64,000 nucleotides of DNA. It comes from Paraspadella gotoi (lineage: Eukaryota; Animalia; Chaetognatha). The DNA lies in NCBI GenBank assembly GCA_051294375.1, contig CM119267.1, positions 14,253,694 to 14,317,693 of the forward strand, in the 5' to 3' direction. A program made the position numbers and the translations under genes. A model generated the notes under the pieces. That model ran no database searches, had not been told where the DNA came from, and was given only the letters and a program-made list of their open reading frames with translations. This document shows positions 38,301 through 52,896 of the stretch, piece by piece. Each line of letters begins with the position of its first letter. Positions within the stretch are counted from its first letter, which is position 1.

Positions 38301-41300
38301 TCAAATCACGTTTCGATGGAATCGTCCGAATGGAAATGAGTTAAAATGAAAAAAATTTTTTCACTATTTGAACATAAATTACTCATGAGTGAATCGGGCG
38401 ATTGACTTCAAATTTTGTATGTGGGTAGGAAAGTGTGTGATTGAGCAGGGAATAAAGTTTCGATAGAATCAACCAAATGGAAATGAGTTAAAATAAAAAA
38501 AATAAACTATTTATTTCACTATTTGATTATACTTTCTTTATTTTTATATTAAATGTAAATTCAAGCTGCATTAATTAATTATTAATAAATAAGTAATTAT
38601 TAATTATTTGTAATTAATTAATTTTGTGATCGAGATTGTTGTTTTGTGATAGGCGAGACAAAATGGAAAATGATTTTAACACGAATAACAAAAATTAATA
38701 TTAATTACTAAATTAAATAATTATCGTGGGCAGATCCGGCATTGTTTGACTATCATCGCATCAATGAATGACTATCATCGCATCAATGAATGACTATCAT
38801 CGCATCAATGAATGACTATCATCGCATCAATGAATGACTATCATCGCATCAATGAATGACTATCATTGCATCAATATTTGGTTTTAATCGCATCAGTCAA
38901 TTACTATTATTATCGTTGCAATCGCTTTGCGTTTGCGACGATTTTACTGTGGTTTTGCACATAAGTGGCGTCGTCGTTGTCGTCGGCATTCCAAATTATA
39001 GATCGCCTTTTTTATGATTAAATTTGGGTGTATGAAGCTGAAAATTTATATACAGCTTCTCATCATCCATGTTCTTAAAATTGGGTCAGGACAGTTAATA
39101 AATAAGTTTTGTTTACGTTTTATCAAAACAAATAAATATTCTCTAGTTTATTTTTATGTCTCTTTCTCTCTCTCTTTTCTCCTTTAATTATATGTAGCTC
39201 TCTTTCTCTCTTTTCCCCAGTGCTTATTCATCGGGAAAAAACGAGTCTGCAGCTGGTTCTGCAGGGGCTTTTTCTTTTTCTCACCTGCTGCTTCTGCTGC
39301 TGCCTTTTGATTTGTTTCTCTCTGCGTTTTTATTTAAAAAAAAAATTGAATTAGGATTGAACTCGTAAAATTAGGCATCGCATTCGTGCATGTTATCATT
39401 TTGCTATCGCAACATCGAGTTTTTATTTCGTTTTTTTTTTATTCTCAGGGGCTGCGTCTACTGATCAGTTTATTTTTTGACAATGAAAAAGTGTTTTTTT
39501 TTGTTTTTGTTTTTTCAGAAACTGTAACTTTAATTTTCCTCGGTACTTTATTATTTTTTTTAATTGACAATCGCAAAATAGAATTTTTCTTCTGTTTATA
39601 AATTCATTTTCTTTTCTCAAATTTTTTTTCTCAGGGGCTGCGTCTGCTGATCAGTTTATTTGACAATGACAATTGATAATGACAACAAAATTTTTTTTTT
39701 TTTTTTTTTATCGTTGCAATCGCTTTGCGTTTGCGACGATATTGCTGTGGTTTTGCACATAAGTGGCGTCGTCGTTGTCGTTGGCCTTTCAAATTATAGA
39801 TCGCCCTTTTATGTTTCCTTCTCTCTCTCTTTTCTCTTTTAAATATATGTAGCTCTCTCTCTCTCTTTTCCCCAGTGCTGATTCATCGGGAAAAAACGAA
39901 TCTGCAGCTGGCTCTGCAGGGGATCTCTCTTTTTCTCTCTTTTCTCCTGCTGCTTCTGCTGTTGCCTTTTGATTTCTTTCTTTTTATTTCTCTCTCTCTC
40001 TCTCTCGGTTGAATTAAGATTGAACTCGTAAAATTAGGCATCGCATTCGTTCATGTTATCATTTTGCTATCGCAACATCGGGTTTTTTTATTTTTATTTT
40101 TTTCTCATGATCAGTTTATTTTTTTTCTTTTTCAGAAACTATAACTTTAATTATCCTCGGTACTTTATTATTTTTGTTTTGTTTTGTTATCAATCCAGAT
40201 TTTTCTTATGCGATTGCGACGATCCTTATGCTTTTAAGATTTTGTAAATCAATCAATTACTATTACATCAGTCAATCAATTACTATTAAATCAATCAATC
40301 AATTACTATTACATCAATAAATTACTATTATATCAATAATTCGTTATCACATCAATCATTGTTTTTTTTTATTAATTTTCTTTGGTAGTAACGTCTGGCG
40401 AGATCACTATACTTTAAGATTTTTTTAATATTTATTTATAAACAGGGCTAAAAATTATTTTGAGAAATTTTTAATTTTAAGTTTAGAAAAAGTTGTTTCC
40501 ACTAAGATTAATTCTTTATTAAGAAAAACCGTAAAAAATTATCATCATCTTTCGATAATTTTATAAGTTTTTTTGTTTTTATTAAGAAAACATAATTTTT
40601 AAAAGCCGAATAGAAAGTTTCATATTAGAAAATGCTCTCTCGGTGAAAATTTACATGAATTAATTTTAGGGCAATAGAGAGGGATTTTTGAAATTTGACT
40701 CTTGACCCGATATATGGGGCCCTAAGGGGTCAGACTAGGCGGGCAAAACATTTTATTTTTTTTATCCCGAACAGTTGCAGAAAAGTACATTTATTATGAC
40801 AAAAACCATTTTGCTCTATTTCCAGTATTATAAACGAGTTGATGTCAGCTTTTGATTGTAGAGCAAAAATTAGATCTAAAATGATGGACTAAGCAAGTTT
40901 AAAGGTAGAAAAATCAATTTAAATTTATGAAAATTAATTATAAAAGGTTTCTTGTACAAAATTAATACATAAATTCAATTGATCAAACAAGCAATTTATC
41001 TTTAAAGAAAAAAAAATGTTGTCATTTTTTGTCCCCCTGGGGTGACCCCCAAGGACCGTGTATCTTAGCTCAGGGGTAAAACATTGAAAATCGCCTCGAT
41101 AGTCCCATTAGTAGGGCTTTTCGGATACTGCATGCAAAATCACAGAGAATTTGGTTCAGTGACTTGGTCAGAACCGATTCTCGGTCAGAAAAACGGGGAG
41201 AGCATTTTCTAATATGAGGGCTTCTGACAGAAGTTCTGTAATTATATTTTTTGAAAAAAAAATTTGCTGTATATTATACATTAGCATTTAAATTAGATCA

Positions 41301-44300
41301 GCTATGGCTATTATAAGTAGTTATTAAAATTAAGTTATTATTTCCGACAGAGCAGACAAGTTTTTCTAATTACGATTGAAAAGGAATTATGTAGTCCACT
41401 AGTCGGTTTTTGCTTAAATTTTGTTCTATAGAAGTAAACGTACTACGGTATATTATTTAAATTTTCAGCAATGTGAAGATCGTGTGCACAGAATCGGACA
41501 GCGCCGTGTTGTCCATATTCACTATCTGGTCGCTCGCGACTCCATCGATGATTGGTTTTGGTCGGCCCTGACGAGAAAGACCCAAGTCGTCAGTCTTGCG
41601 TTAAACGGTACGATTGTTTTGATTGCAACTTGAGAGGGGGAAAAGCTACCTTGAAATCTGAACTATTTATCACATTATCGTTTTCAGGCGAAACCCAGAC
41701 GCTGAATCCCAACTTAGAATCCAACGTCCACAAATTGAATAGATTAACGAATGCTGCCACTTGGATTCCACCGGAAGAACCAGAATTCAATTCTTCTTCG
41801 GAGTTTTTTGAAAAAACTCAGGTTAATCGGTTTATTTCTTTCTGTTAGTTAAGGCTTGTGCGACCAAATCAGCGATCATGGTTTAAGGTCCTGATAATTA
41901 ATGAATGTACCAATTTCACTTTCTCAACAATTGAGAATAGTGCATCGTGGACTTGATTCGTACAAAGTTAACCATTGTGACTCTATTTGCGAGCATTGGC
42001 AGTCATTATACGAATAATTGAATATTTAAATTGTTTTCTCCTCAGATGCCCGAAGATCAAAGCTTTATCACCGACTTCTTCCACGCCAAGCCCAAAGAAA
42101 ATCCGAAGCGGGACAAGTTCTGGAAAACTGGCCAATTACGCGAGAAACTTCAAGACTCCGATATCGACCAAATCTCTCCGACGAAGAAAAGAAAAAGAAG
42201 CAGGGTGGCCCTTATTGATGTACCTTCCGATGAAGAGACAGACTTTCTATCGCAGTCGCGGGAGGACAAACGAAGAAGAATTTTGAAAAACAGGAATCGA
42301 AAAAGAGTGAGAGGAAGCGAGATTCACACTGCGGTCAAATTGGCTACAGAAGACGCTCTAAAAACCTCGGGAAAAGGCGCCGAGGTGACGAATCGATGGG
42401 CCTGCGAACAATGTACTTTTCTCAATCGCCCCATTAATAAAACGTGTGAAATCTGTGGCGGTCCCCAAGATGGATCGCAGGTCAGCAAATACTTCGCCAA
42501 AACATCGCCGGTTCAACCTCAACCAAACTATTGCGTTTCTAACGATGCAGCATCGTCTTCTCCGTCGCCCAAAAACGAGGATGTTACCGTAGAACTTTTA
42601 AAATCGTACCCCGTTCCGAACGAGAAGAACAAGTGTTTTTCCCAAATCCTCATGACCTCAACTCCTGCTCGTCGAAATGAGAAACAGGAGGATTTCGATA
42701 AATCTTTTGGGCGAAAAGAAGCGTCTTACATCGAAATTGAAGACTCGAAAGAGCAAAGTCTTATCTCAGCGCCTTCCTGTTCCGCGAAAGTTTGCGAGAA
42801 CGGCTTAAAGTTTTTCTCATTACAAGAAACAGAATCGATTGCCGTTAAAAACCCCGAAATTCCCGTCGAAATGCTGGATTCTTGGGACGAATCAACGGAG
42901 GCTCTTTCGACATCCCAAAAAGAGTTATCTATACCGACGGATGCGACGTTATCGGAGACGGGATTAACGACTCACGATGCCGACCGTCGCGTCGATCTTG
43001 ACCAGGTTGTCGTCATCGCCCGTCTTCTTTTCTTCGCTTCTCGCAATACTGACCGTGTTTACGTCTATGATTCCGACGCTAATTCTCTTCATATCAACTT
43101 TTTGCCGCTCGACGTGGAAACCGAAAATTGGAGCGAGATTCCCGACTCACTGCTGCATCCGACGCATCTGCGACAGCTGCGTGTCTTTGTCCGCGAGTGG
43201 CACCAACTTACCGAAACCAAGCGGAGAATGATCCGGAAGTCGGGGGAAATTTTTCGATCTCCAAAGGCGCTTTACGACGATGTAGCGGCCAAACGAGAGC
43301 ACTGCGTCGTGAGGAAGATGGACGTCGCCGATCTAGCCCGGGCGGCATCGAGCAAGGCCGCCGAAATCGGCGGTTCGACGCGGACTTTGCTACCCAAGAA
43401 TCGTCCGCGGACGGATACAAATTGCGAAACCGTCGATAATAACAGAAACTGCGCTCGAGACGGATCTGGTGGAGGAGCGGAGGTTTCGAAGGAATCGAAT
43501 TCTCTCGTTCAAGCGGTGGACGCTGATGGCGCGCCCCTCTGCCTTCTTTGCCATTCCGCTATTCAAAACGCTTTGCCCGCTTCGATGGAATCTCGAGAAG
43601 ATGTGGCTTGGGACACTCGATTTTGTCGTCGAGAGTGTAGGGAGGAATTTTTGCTCAAAAGGGCACAATCCACGTATATCAGAAAGGAGCTACTTTTGGT
43701 TGAAAAGGGAATATGTCAGTTGTGCGGGGTGAACGCTCACGAACTCTACGCCAAAGTGAAGGAGGAGAAAGATCCACTTCAGAGAATGAATCTCATCAAA
43801 AATTCCATATTTAATGGGTTAAGGTGGGTAACACTAATCTTATATACAGTACCGGAAACCTAGAATGTCGTAAGTCTGTATATGGAATAACTTTTCCATT
43901 TATAAGATAAATGGCTTTAGGATTTTATAGGAAGTTGTCTGGATGTCTGGCTATTGCCCATTGAAGAAATTTTTCAAATAAATAATCCTAAACCACTTAA
44001 AAATTGGTTTCAAAAAAAATTTTAAAAACTTGCACAGCTCTGATATATTTTGAAATTTTTTCTTAAAATTTTGCTAACTTGTACTCGAGAGGGTCAGTTT
44101 TTGAAATTATTTTTTTTTTAGGTCCGTAATTAAGAATCGAATGGTGACGAAGCCTACGGCTGGGGATTTTTGGCAGGCAGATCATCACTTGGCCGTTGTC
44201 GAGGGAGGCGGACAATGTGACATCGGCAATTTCCGTACTTTGTGTACTGTCTGTCACGCAGTCGAGACCAAGAAGCTCATGGAGCGTGTTAGAAAGAGAA

Positions 44301-44362
44301 AGAAGTTGCAGAAGGCAGCTTTGTCGTGCGGTGATCTCAAAGACTTTTACAAGCCGATTTGA
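35369..44362 (+). CDS. ZRANB3: ZRANB3 annealing helicase/endonuclease, about 10 exons (large intron 37492-41468)
   Basis: SNF2 motifs ([45 protein letters not shown]), PIP box QSFITDFF, RanBP2-type finger WACEQCTFLN..CEIC, HNH domain WQADH..GGGQC..RTLCTVCH. Confidence 0.94.
35914..36175 (+). mobile_element. Solo LTR of the same family in ZRANB3 intron 2
   Basis: Near-identical to 7481-7734, flanked by 4-bp ATAT duplication. Confidence 0.85.
37711..40412 (+). mobile_element. Nest of HINE-like elements in ZRANB3 intron (family A fragment approx. 38107-38746; family B copies approx. 38910-40243)
   Basis: The same diagnostic segments as the other family A and B copies. The outer boundaries are tentative. 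Confidence 0.6.
38747..38875. repeat. 22-bp minisatellite TGACTATCATCGCATCAATGAA, about 6 copies
   Basis: Directly visible tandem copies with no spacers. Confidence 0.95.
40620..41217. mobile_element. MITE-like element with 20-bp terminal inverted repeats
   Basis: TCATATTAGAAAATGCTCTC at 40620 and its reverse complement GAGAGCATTTTCTAATATGA ending at 41217. Confidence 0.65.
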
Positions 44363-44521
44363 CTATTTTTCCGTTGCGAAATCTATTCGAATGTCAAAAA
44401 ATATTGTTAATTTTTGTTTTAATAAGTGTTGTTGATTTTTTTTAAATCAAAAAAAAAATTTTAGGGTTACAAGAACTTCTGGTGCGCTATTCTCAACATT
44501 TTTGCAAGGCAGAAGATAAGA

Positions 44522-44794
44522 ATGGCAACTCCTTTGGCTGATCCTAATCAGTTGTTACCTCTTGAACTGGTGGACAAATGCATTGGGTCTAGAATCTGGA
44601 TAATCATGAAAAACGACAAAGAGATCGTGGGGACTTTGCTCGGATTTGATGATTTCGTAAACATGGTCCTCGAAGACGTCATCGAGTACGAAAACACGCC
44701 CGAGGGGCGACGAATCACGAAACTGGACCAAATCCTACTCAATGGAAACAATATCACAATGTTGGTGCCGGGGGGAGAAGGACCGGAAGTTTAG
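44522..44794 (+). CDS. LSM5: U6 snRNA-associated Sm-like protein LSm5
   Basis: [43 protein letters not shown]...[19 protein letters not shown]. Confidence 0.98.
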   Translation: MATPLADPNQLLPLELVDKCIGSRIWIIMKNDKEIVGTLLGFDDFVNMVLEDVIEYENTPEGRRITKLDQILLNGNNITMLVPGGEGPEV

Positions 44795-44971
44795 CCACCA
44801 TATCGGAACTGCTTTTCATCCTTCATCAGACAGTGCCATGGAATTCTTTTCATTATCTCGCAAGTCTTTGGCTTTTTCTTGGTCGTTTGTTTACGTTTTT
44901 TATGTTGCTTAGGATGGTATGAAAGAGAGGGTGTGGTAGGCTCGTTTCCGACTGAAAACTGATCGGTGAAG

Positions 44972-47900
44972 ATGGCGACCTCCGGAAAATCTACCAAAGT
45001 AACCGGGCACAGCAAATCCCTCGAGCAGTTGGCAACCAGTTTGTGGGACTTTCTTCTTGCTTGCGAGCCTCATATCAGGTTTTTAAAATTGTAGATTTAT
45101 TCTTTTTTTTTTTCATTGTACTTATTCTTTAAAATCTTACATCTAATGTACTACATCCGTTCTAAGGACAGGGTTGGACATAAACTTTTGCAGAGTTATC
45201 AAAGTTTTTTATACGTATGACCAATCTGCTTATCTTGGCAATTCTAATGTTAGGGAAGCGGAAACTATGGACGAAGTTCAAGATATGATCTTGCGCCTAG
45301 AAGAACGAGACGACTCCTTTCACAAGTACGATTTGGTGCGATACATCCGTCACGGTCTTCAAGACTCCATCGGCGCCTTCATCGAAGAGAGAATCGATCA
45401 GCGTTGGCACGCTTCGTCTGGCCTGCAGAGGCGGGACGTTACCATCGATTCCGTCGTGGACGAAATCGTCAACGAAGTCGTCCGATCTAATCAATTCGTC
45501 GGCATGCAGAAGCTTTTTCGCCACGAAATATCTTCCGCGGTAAATTTGAATTAATTTTTGGGTTTTTTTTCTTTTTTCTTTTCGTGGGGAATGACGATTT
45601 TTGAGTTTCGTAGGTGGATCGACTTTCGGCCGATTTTGACGAATTGTTTATTCACCGTCACGAAGAAAAAGACAGACGTAGTGGACAGCACCGATCTCAT
45701 CAACGTCACAACTCCAAAAGATTTTCCCATGGTAAAATAAGTATAAAATAGCGAGAATATTTTTTCGTTTACTAATTGTCATGTGGCTAGTCCCTGGTGT
45801 CTCATCTTATAAAATATTTTTCTTGTAGACTCTTTGGAAACTCACAAGGGATCGTTGGTCTACAGCGAAGCGGAGGAATTTTCTGTCACAGGCAGTGGGT
45901 CTTTGACCCAGAGTGGCGTGGGATTCCTATTTCTCACTCCAGACCGACTTTCCCATTTGGCGGAGAATTTGCGAGAAGGAAACGCCTACGAGTTGCGCCA
46001 CGAAACCATGACTCAACTTTCTCAACTTCCTCCCGGGGATCTGCTCGGACACGAATCGTGGCCACAACTCAAACCCGTTCTCGAGGCCGTTCTCCACGGC
46101 GGAATTCGAACCGAAGAGTCCTACTACGCGGAAGCCGCGGAGCTTTCCGAGCGAGCCGTCAAACTTTACGCCAAAATGCTCCAACTGCTCAATACGAACT
46201 GCAAAGAAGTTTTCCTGTCTTTCTCTAAGCACCTCAAATCTTTGTTTTCCTCTTCGTCCTCTATGATTGTTATCCCGACTCTCGAAGAGGGCCTGGATAT
46301 GCAGAAGACCAATAATCACCATCTAATGCAGCGCTTCAGCGTCATCTGTTCCTTCGTTTGCGAAATCCCCTCATTCTGGACTCGATACGCGACAAAGTTC
46401 GCCGACGACGTCATCGCCGCCTTTCTCGACTTGTTGGCAGTGGAAGCCAATAGGGACGACGGATCGACTTTGAAAAGGATAACTCCGCTCCACTTCATGG
46501 CTTTGGTCGATCCCAAAGCGGTTTGGTTCGTCAGATGGACGCATGGTCATTATTCCAGGTATACTGTTATTCAAGTTAAATTAACATATATCTTATCCTG
46601 AAGTACAATGACTCATTACGTATGTACAGAACGCGGCTTCTAAAATTACTGGGCGAACCCCCGTTCAAGCAAATTGTCACGGAGTATGCGTTGGCTATTC
46701 TCGACTATGGGCGCCACCTGCGCGCCGTTCGCGAGGAACTCGGCTCCAATGCCACTAATCATCCAATTTTTGACGCCGAGGACGAACCTCGCTACTACAG
46801 TCGTGAGGACCTCGAGTTTCTCTATTTTGTTCACTGCTTCTACGTCATCACTCGTATCTTAAACTTTGTTGATGGTCGCCGCTTTTTCCCGATCGACGTC
46901 AACGGCGTCTCTCTCACACCGGGGGGCGTTGTCGTCGCCATATTGAAACTGTTAAATCCGACAATTTGCCATCACGGTCCTGCGTCCATTTCTTTTAGGT
47001 ATGTAATAACGTAGATACAGGGACACTTTTTTTCAACCAATCTTCTGAATTCTTTTTTGAACAATTTTTTTTCGTTATTCTTTTCATTCAGAAATGACTT
47101 TTATCATCCGCCTTCCGACTCTCGGGCCACGGAGCCCGCATCGGTTCCGCTTCAACGTCTGTCCACAACCACCTTCTGCCCCCGCATAATGGCCGCTGAC
47201 GCTATTCATGCTCTTTGCGTTCGCTGCGATGAAGTTTTCATTCTCACCGTCTGTCAAGACAAAGTGATTTCTTTGCTTTTGGCTCCATTAAAGTCTCTAC
47301 TTGACGAGACGGCGACCGGAAAAAAGGTTTCGGCCAGCTTGGGCACCGACGAAAACACTTTGCTCTTCGTAGCAGATATTTTGGCGCAGATGGCTTCTTC
47401 TGGCGCCGGCTTTGTGAGGATCTTGTACGGGTCGCCGGAAGATCGTTTTCCAGTTGCCGTTTCCCAATCTGAATCTTTGTCCCCTGCGCACGTCATCGCC
47501 TCTTTCACTAAACGGGCATTAAAAGAGGGCGTCAATTTTCAAGGCATTAACCAACTCGTCACCGCTGCCTTTCTCTATGTTTGCCGTCAAATCTACAAAA
47601 CATGCGAAGGTCTTTTGCTATTGCGATCCTTTCAACTCCATTCTCTTGTGGCGACTGCGTGGCGCCACGCATCTCGACAAGTGGCCGAAGCATCAACACC
47701 CACGCCAGAGGACAGAAACCGGACGTCGTCTACAATTTCGGCCGCTTCCGACGTTTCGGTTTGGGAGCGTAATTTAATGGACAATCTTTTAAACTTTTCA
47801 GCGACGCCCAAGGGAGTATTTCTGCTGCAACTTACGGGCGCCATGTCGGACTGCGTGATGTACATGTATTCTCGTTACGATCGCAAACAGCAAGTGAGTC

Positions 47901-49881
47901 GTTTCGAAAAATTCGGCTACGGCACCATGGTCTCACAGCTGGCAACCACGGCTGCAGGAATTAACGCCCTTATGTCGACGGATTTTGTTAAATCACTTGT
48001 CATGCAAATCTGGGAATGCCTTGAGTGTGATTTGGACGACGATGCAAGCGCCTCCAGGGGTCCACCGCAAGCGTACCCGCTCACGAGTATCGATGAGTCG
48101 CTCGTGAAACCCTTTCGTGTCCTTGTCAACGTAACCTCCTCTTTTCCCGCTCTTTACGAACTTCTCCACGATTGCCAATTACCCGTCGGCAAGACTTACG
48201 GATTTCGCGAGGCTCCGACCACTTTTCTCGACTTAATCGATCGCCTCGTCCTGGTCGATACGCCCAACAAGATTCATTCCCTCTTCAACTATGAACAGTC
48301 GCACGTTTTTGGGCTGAAACTCCTCAGTGCTCTGATTTCCTCTTTGGATTGTCTTCTGTTAATGCAAACGCGGTTTCACTTTCAAGAAGCCTTATTAACG
48401 GCGCAGAGAGAGAACGTCTCCGAAGAAGGAGCGGAAGATGGCATCATAATAGATATGTTATCGATAGAGCGAAACTACATCCTGGTGAGGTCGTACGTGG
48501 TTGGTGGACCTAATGAACGATTATTGCCTCCCCGGGATATTCAGACCCAATCTGACAGCGCCAGCTATACCGAGACGACTGCCGGCGCATCTTTGTCTCG
48601 GTCATTCCCCTTTCCGCTCTTTATCACTTTCCCGGCGCCGCGCGACTACACCGCTCCCCATTTGAGAGGAGCCACAACCTCGTCCTCTAGCGCCCTACCA
48701 CCTCAGGACGACATCTTGCGCCATCTGGAAGACTTTCGCGTAACGATGATTGGTGGAGGTAACCACGGCATCTATGAGGACTTTTCTCAAGCTTTCAAAA
48801 CTATTTTGTCAACCAAAGGCCACGAACTTGTAAAGAGTAACGTTATCTTCGAGTTTTTGGAACTAGCTGTCACTTACAAAGCAAAGCAAAAGAGCTTTGC
48901 GATATTTCCACTTCCTGAAACTGTTGTTAATGCTAAGACACCGCCAAAGAATAAAGACCTTCCTTCTCTTTCTGCTATTCAATTAGCCGGCATTAGAATG
49001 GCCGTGAGATATGGAACGACGCTTAAGATTTTCCCCGTTGGGTCGGACAGCAGTGCGAACCAGGGGATGGGTGTTGTCGAAAGTGCGCATGCAACACTGT
49101 TGCAGGTTTGTGACGTTAAAAAAAGTTCAATACTAAGAGATGTTTTACTTTTATATATCCTGTATATATGTATATTCTTGACTTTTTCTTTCACTTACAG
49201 CAATGCAAATGGCTTCTTCGTCACCACAGACAAGAACTCCGCTCGAATTCCACTGACAAGTCTTTAGATGGCGACGCTTATCCGGGCCATGACTGGTTGG
49301 CATCCACTATCTTTCTACTCACCAACGGCCACGTCGATCGAGCGTGGAAATTCCTGCTGTCTCTGGCACCGTTGATAGAAGGCGCATACCTCTGGCTTCC
49401 CTACCTTTCTCATGGGCCCGCATTCCCGCTGGGTGTGGATGCCTCCCCCGTTTCCTTCAATCAGGAATCTGGTTTGCACCCTATTTTTTTCAACACCTGC
49501 CACCTTGTCGAGATGATAGTTCACATCGAGATGCCCCTCGTCGCTAACGCCGTGAAGATGTCCGGCTGTACCCTTGCCTCGACGGCTTACCGTTGGCTCT
49601 CTCAAGTTTTTTGGAATTTCCTAAATTGGGAAGACGTGTGTCATTACTTAGCACTCAGCTTGGTCTTAGGTGTCGATTACCAAGTCTACGTTTGTGTAGC
49701 AATTATCCGTCACTTAGAACAAAAGATTCTTATTCACTTTCAAGATCAGGATCTGGTCGTTTTCCTTTGTGAAGAATCGTTGCATGGATTCTGTCTCGTA
49801 GACATTTTGCCTTATTTGTTCGAACTAGAAAAACGCTACAGAAATTCCGTCCTTGCCTTTCTCTCCAATTTTAACGATTAA
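44972..49881 (+). CDS. TBC1D32: Broad-minded / TBC1D32, about 7 exons
   Basis: ILRLEERDDSFHKYDLVRYIR, LLNFSATPKG, QVSRFEKFGYG, ERNYILVRSYVVGGPNERLLP, YPGHDWLASTIFL, QVFWNFLNW. First exon 44972-45078 is spliced to 45254. Confidence 0.88.
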
Positions 49882-50957
49882 GGAATTGAAAAAAAATTCC
49901 AGAATTGATATATTGTGGATACAATATAATGAAATATGTAAGACACGATGAAAGTTAGCTTGGCGTAGTGTATGCACTATGCAGCCATAAATGGATCTCT
50001 GAATAGGTTATATGAAACATCATGTTTTTTTCATATATATCAAAAAAATCAATGCAAAATAATATTTGGTAGTTAGGATATGACTAAATATAGGATAATT
50101 TAAAAAAAATATATAATTTTTTTTTATAATAGTCCAATTCTATAAACCATTTTATCCATTTTTGTCCACCCCTCATATCTTGTTGATAAATTACTTGGTT
50201 CATCTTAGAATACTGAATTATAAAAAATTATCCGAAAAAATTGAATCCTTCCTTCAATACATTTATTTATCTATTTATCTGTAACTTTAACCTGTCATTA
50301 CACTTGAGTGAATTGATGGATTGGTCTGAAATTTTGTGTGTGGCCAGAAAAGGGGTTTGGACAAAATTATTCTGGTAAAAATCGATTTAAATAAAAAAAA
50401 AAAATTGATTTAAAACTTAGTTTTTAAATTCAAAATTATGAAATAAATGATCAGAGAGTAAGATCTCTGTCTCAGCTATCATTTGGTGTATAATTATAAT
50501 ATTTTTTAATATTATATGGTTTAATCAACAAATCAAGGAGTACAAACTTTTGTCAGATTTCCGCTTCCACGAGTCTGCTTCTTATTATTTTTTTTACTAA
50601 TTTTCCTTTTTTGTAGATAAGCGAGTGTAAAAAAGAAGTCTGGTATAACTGCAAGTATTATTAATGTAAAACTTCAAGTTTGGCTCACAGATTAAGAAAT
50701 ATGATAAAAATTTGCATGGGTAAGCTTCGCCACGTTAACTTGCATCATGTCGTAAATACATATATTGTAAAACAAATGCCCGAAAACACTGCACATTCCA
50801 AAGAATTAGTGAAACCTAGACATACATTTAGTCGTATTTTTTTATATTTATTTTCAACATTCCCCGTTTATTTACTAGCTGCTTTTGCTTTTTATTGAAT
50901 TGTTACTTTCACAAGTGCCTTCTTTTAACAGGCTTCTTTTCCGTAACACCAGCAGCC

Positions 50958-52630
50958 ATGGACATAGAGAAGGTGGCAAACAATTTTAAGGTTTTAGATA
51001 TCGATTCTGACGGGACGCCTAAATTTACCCTCCATCAATTTTCTCAAACGTTGGCGTACATATTAATGGTCGATGACCCGGCCCCCCTCGCCAAAATTCA
51101 TGTGTTATTATCTAACGCGCCGATCAAGTGGCTTTTTCCCAATAACGATAGCTCGGCTTTTGTGGAGGTGGTGAGACGGCTCTCTCTTCGCTCCACGGAT
51201 CCGGCTTTCGTCCTCAAAGGGAAAGGACGGCCGGCGGATGGATCGACTGTCAAATTCGTCGCTCCAGCGCTATGTCGTGAAATACTTGCCCTCCTCGTCT
51301 CGCTTTTCTCCCGTATTCACCTAGACATAAAGAATCTGAGCGAAACTCCGCAAAAGAGCGTCGTTCGCTGTACGGCCGTCGAAGTTCTATCATGCGTCGC
51401 ACTTTATGTGAGCGGGGAGATTTTCAACGACGACGAGCTCGTCGCATCGGCGAAGGAGTTGGAGGAGGTTTTTGTTGGTCTCAATCGAAACTGTAGCGTC
51501 ACCGAAATGCTCGTCGGATGGCGTGTGGAAGGAGTCTGCGTGACTGATAAGAATATTCCCTCCTCCACTCCGTTGGTTGGAAACGGTTTTATGAAAAAAA
51601 TGTGTCGTCATTTAACGCAACCCTACTTGACAAAGGAACATTTCTCAAAGCATCTCGTCCAACAAGTGAGCTTTGTGTGGCTGCTGGAGAGTGTCGAGTC
51701 GCCGAGCCTCGATGGTTTTTTAGATTATGTCTTCCCACCGACTCTCTGCTTCTTGGACAGCTACGATAATCGCTGCAAAATACTCGGCATTCGTTGTTTA
51801 TCTGAGATTTTGCAAAAAATCAAAGCTACCTCAATATTACGCCAGAACAGACATCTCGTTGTCGCCAAGACCTTGCTCCATCAGTTAAACTTTCATGACT
51901 TGCCGTTGATGCGCGTTCTTCACCCTTGTATTTTGATCTTCGTCGAGCGCCATCACCTGGCGATGAAGAAAGGACTCCTTTCATGCAATGTTTCTTTGTC
52001 ACCACTAATTGGTGTCGGACCGTCGCTTTACGACCTAAAAGATCCGACCACTCCGAAAAACCAGTTTTTTGACAAGATGATTAGTCTTATCGAATTGGAA
52101 TCGGACAAGAACGTGAAGAGAGAGCTGATTCGGCACATCGGCGCTCACATACGCGGCATGGGGATCGTTTTATGTAGATACCTAAAGAGGACCATTAATA
52201 TGCTGACTGATGTCCTTGCTTCTCGGGTGAGTGAGACTTACTTATTTGTTTTTAAAATCCGACTGTGTAACTTAAATCAACGCAGGACGACAAGAACGAA
52301 ACTGCCCGACTTTTGGTCCTCGACGCTATCTGCGACGTCATACGCGTCGTGCCACAACGCCTTACTAAACACGTGGTGCGGCTCGGCAATCCGCTCGTTC
52401 ATATTATGGTCGAAGTCTACGAGCCCATTTACACTTATTCCGAGTTCACGCGCGACAACGTGGTTGAGAAGGCGCGGGTTACGCTCTCGCTTCTCGCTGT
52501 ATCCGCGCCAGAAGATATGCGCAAATTTTTCACTATGTTGCCCATCGCTTTCTTCGACGCGCGGGTGCGAAAAATCCTTAATGATATCGAAAAGATTTTG
52601 AAGAAAGTCGAAGAGAGAAGGGATTGTTAA
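50958..52630 (+). CDS. TTI2: TELO2-interacting protein 2; intron 52227-52285
   Basis: YVFPPTLCFLDSYDNRCKILGIRCLSEIL...LRQNRHLVVAKTL and MGIVLCRYLKR resemble TTI2. Confidence 0.75.
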
Positions 52631-52896
52631 TTTTCTGTTTTGGAGATAGCGACGCAAAATTCTGTGATAATTATTTTGGGAAGACATGCGCATAGTTTTA
52701 TCCATCAACCTTAATTTGCTAATTTGAATGAAATATTTTAATTACGTTCATTATCTCCTTACGTACTCTAAATAAGACATAATTTTTTTTATTCGGTTCC
52801 CTACGTATTTAGGAGTATTTCTTTTTTAATAATGAATTTTTTATGCACATGTTTTTAGTAATTTTCTCTTCCCACGAATTTTTTCTCCAAGGAACA

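Noticed and set aside
38747-38875. 22-bp repeats as a CRISPR array
   Set aside because: The copies are head-to-tail without spacers, there are no cas genes, and the site is a eukaryotic intron.
20996-44362. Dedicated DNA-repair/modification cluster (RAD54L, METTL5, CDIN1, TET, ZRANB3)
   Set aside because: These genes are interspersed with unrelated metabolic, trafficking and cytoskeletal genes. General housekeeping enrichment explains the pattern without a shared pathway.
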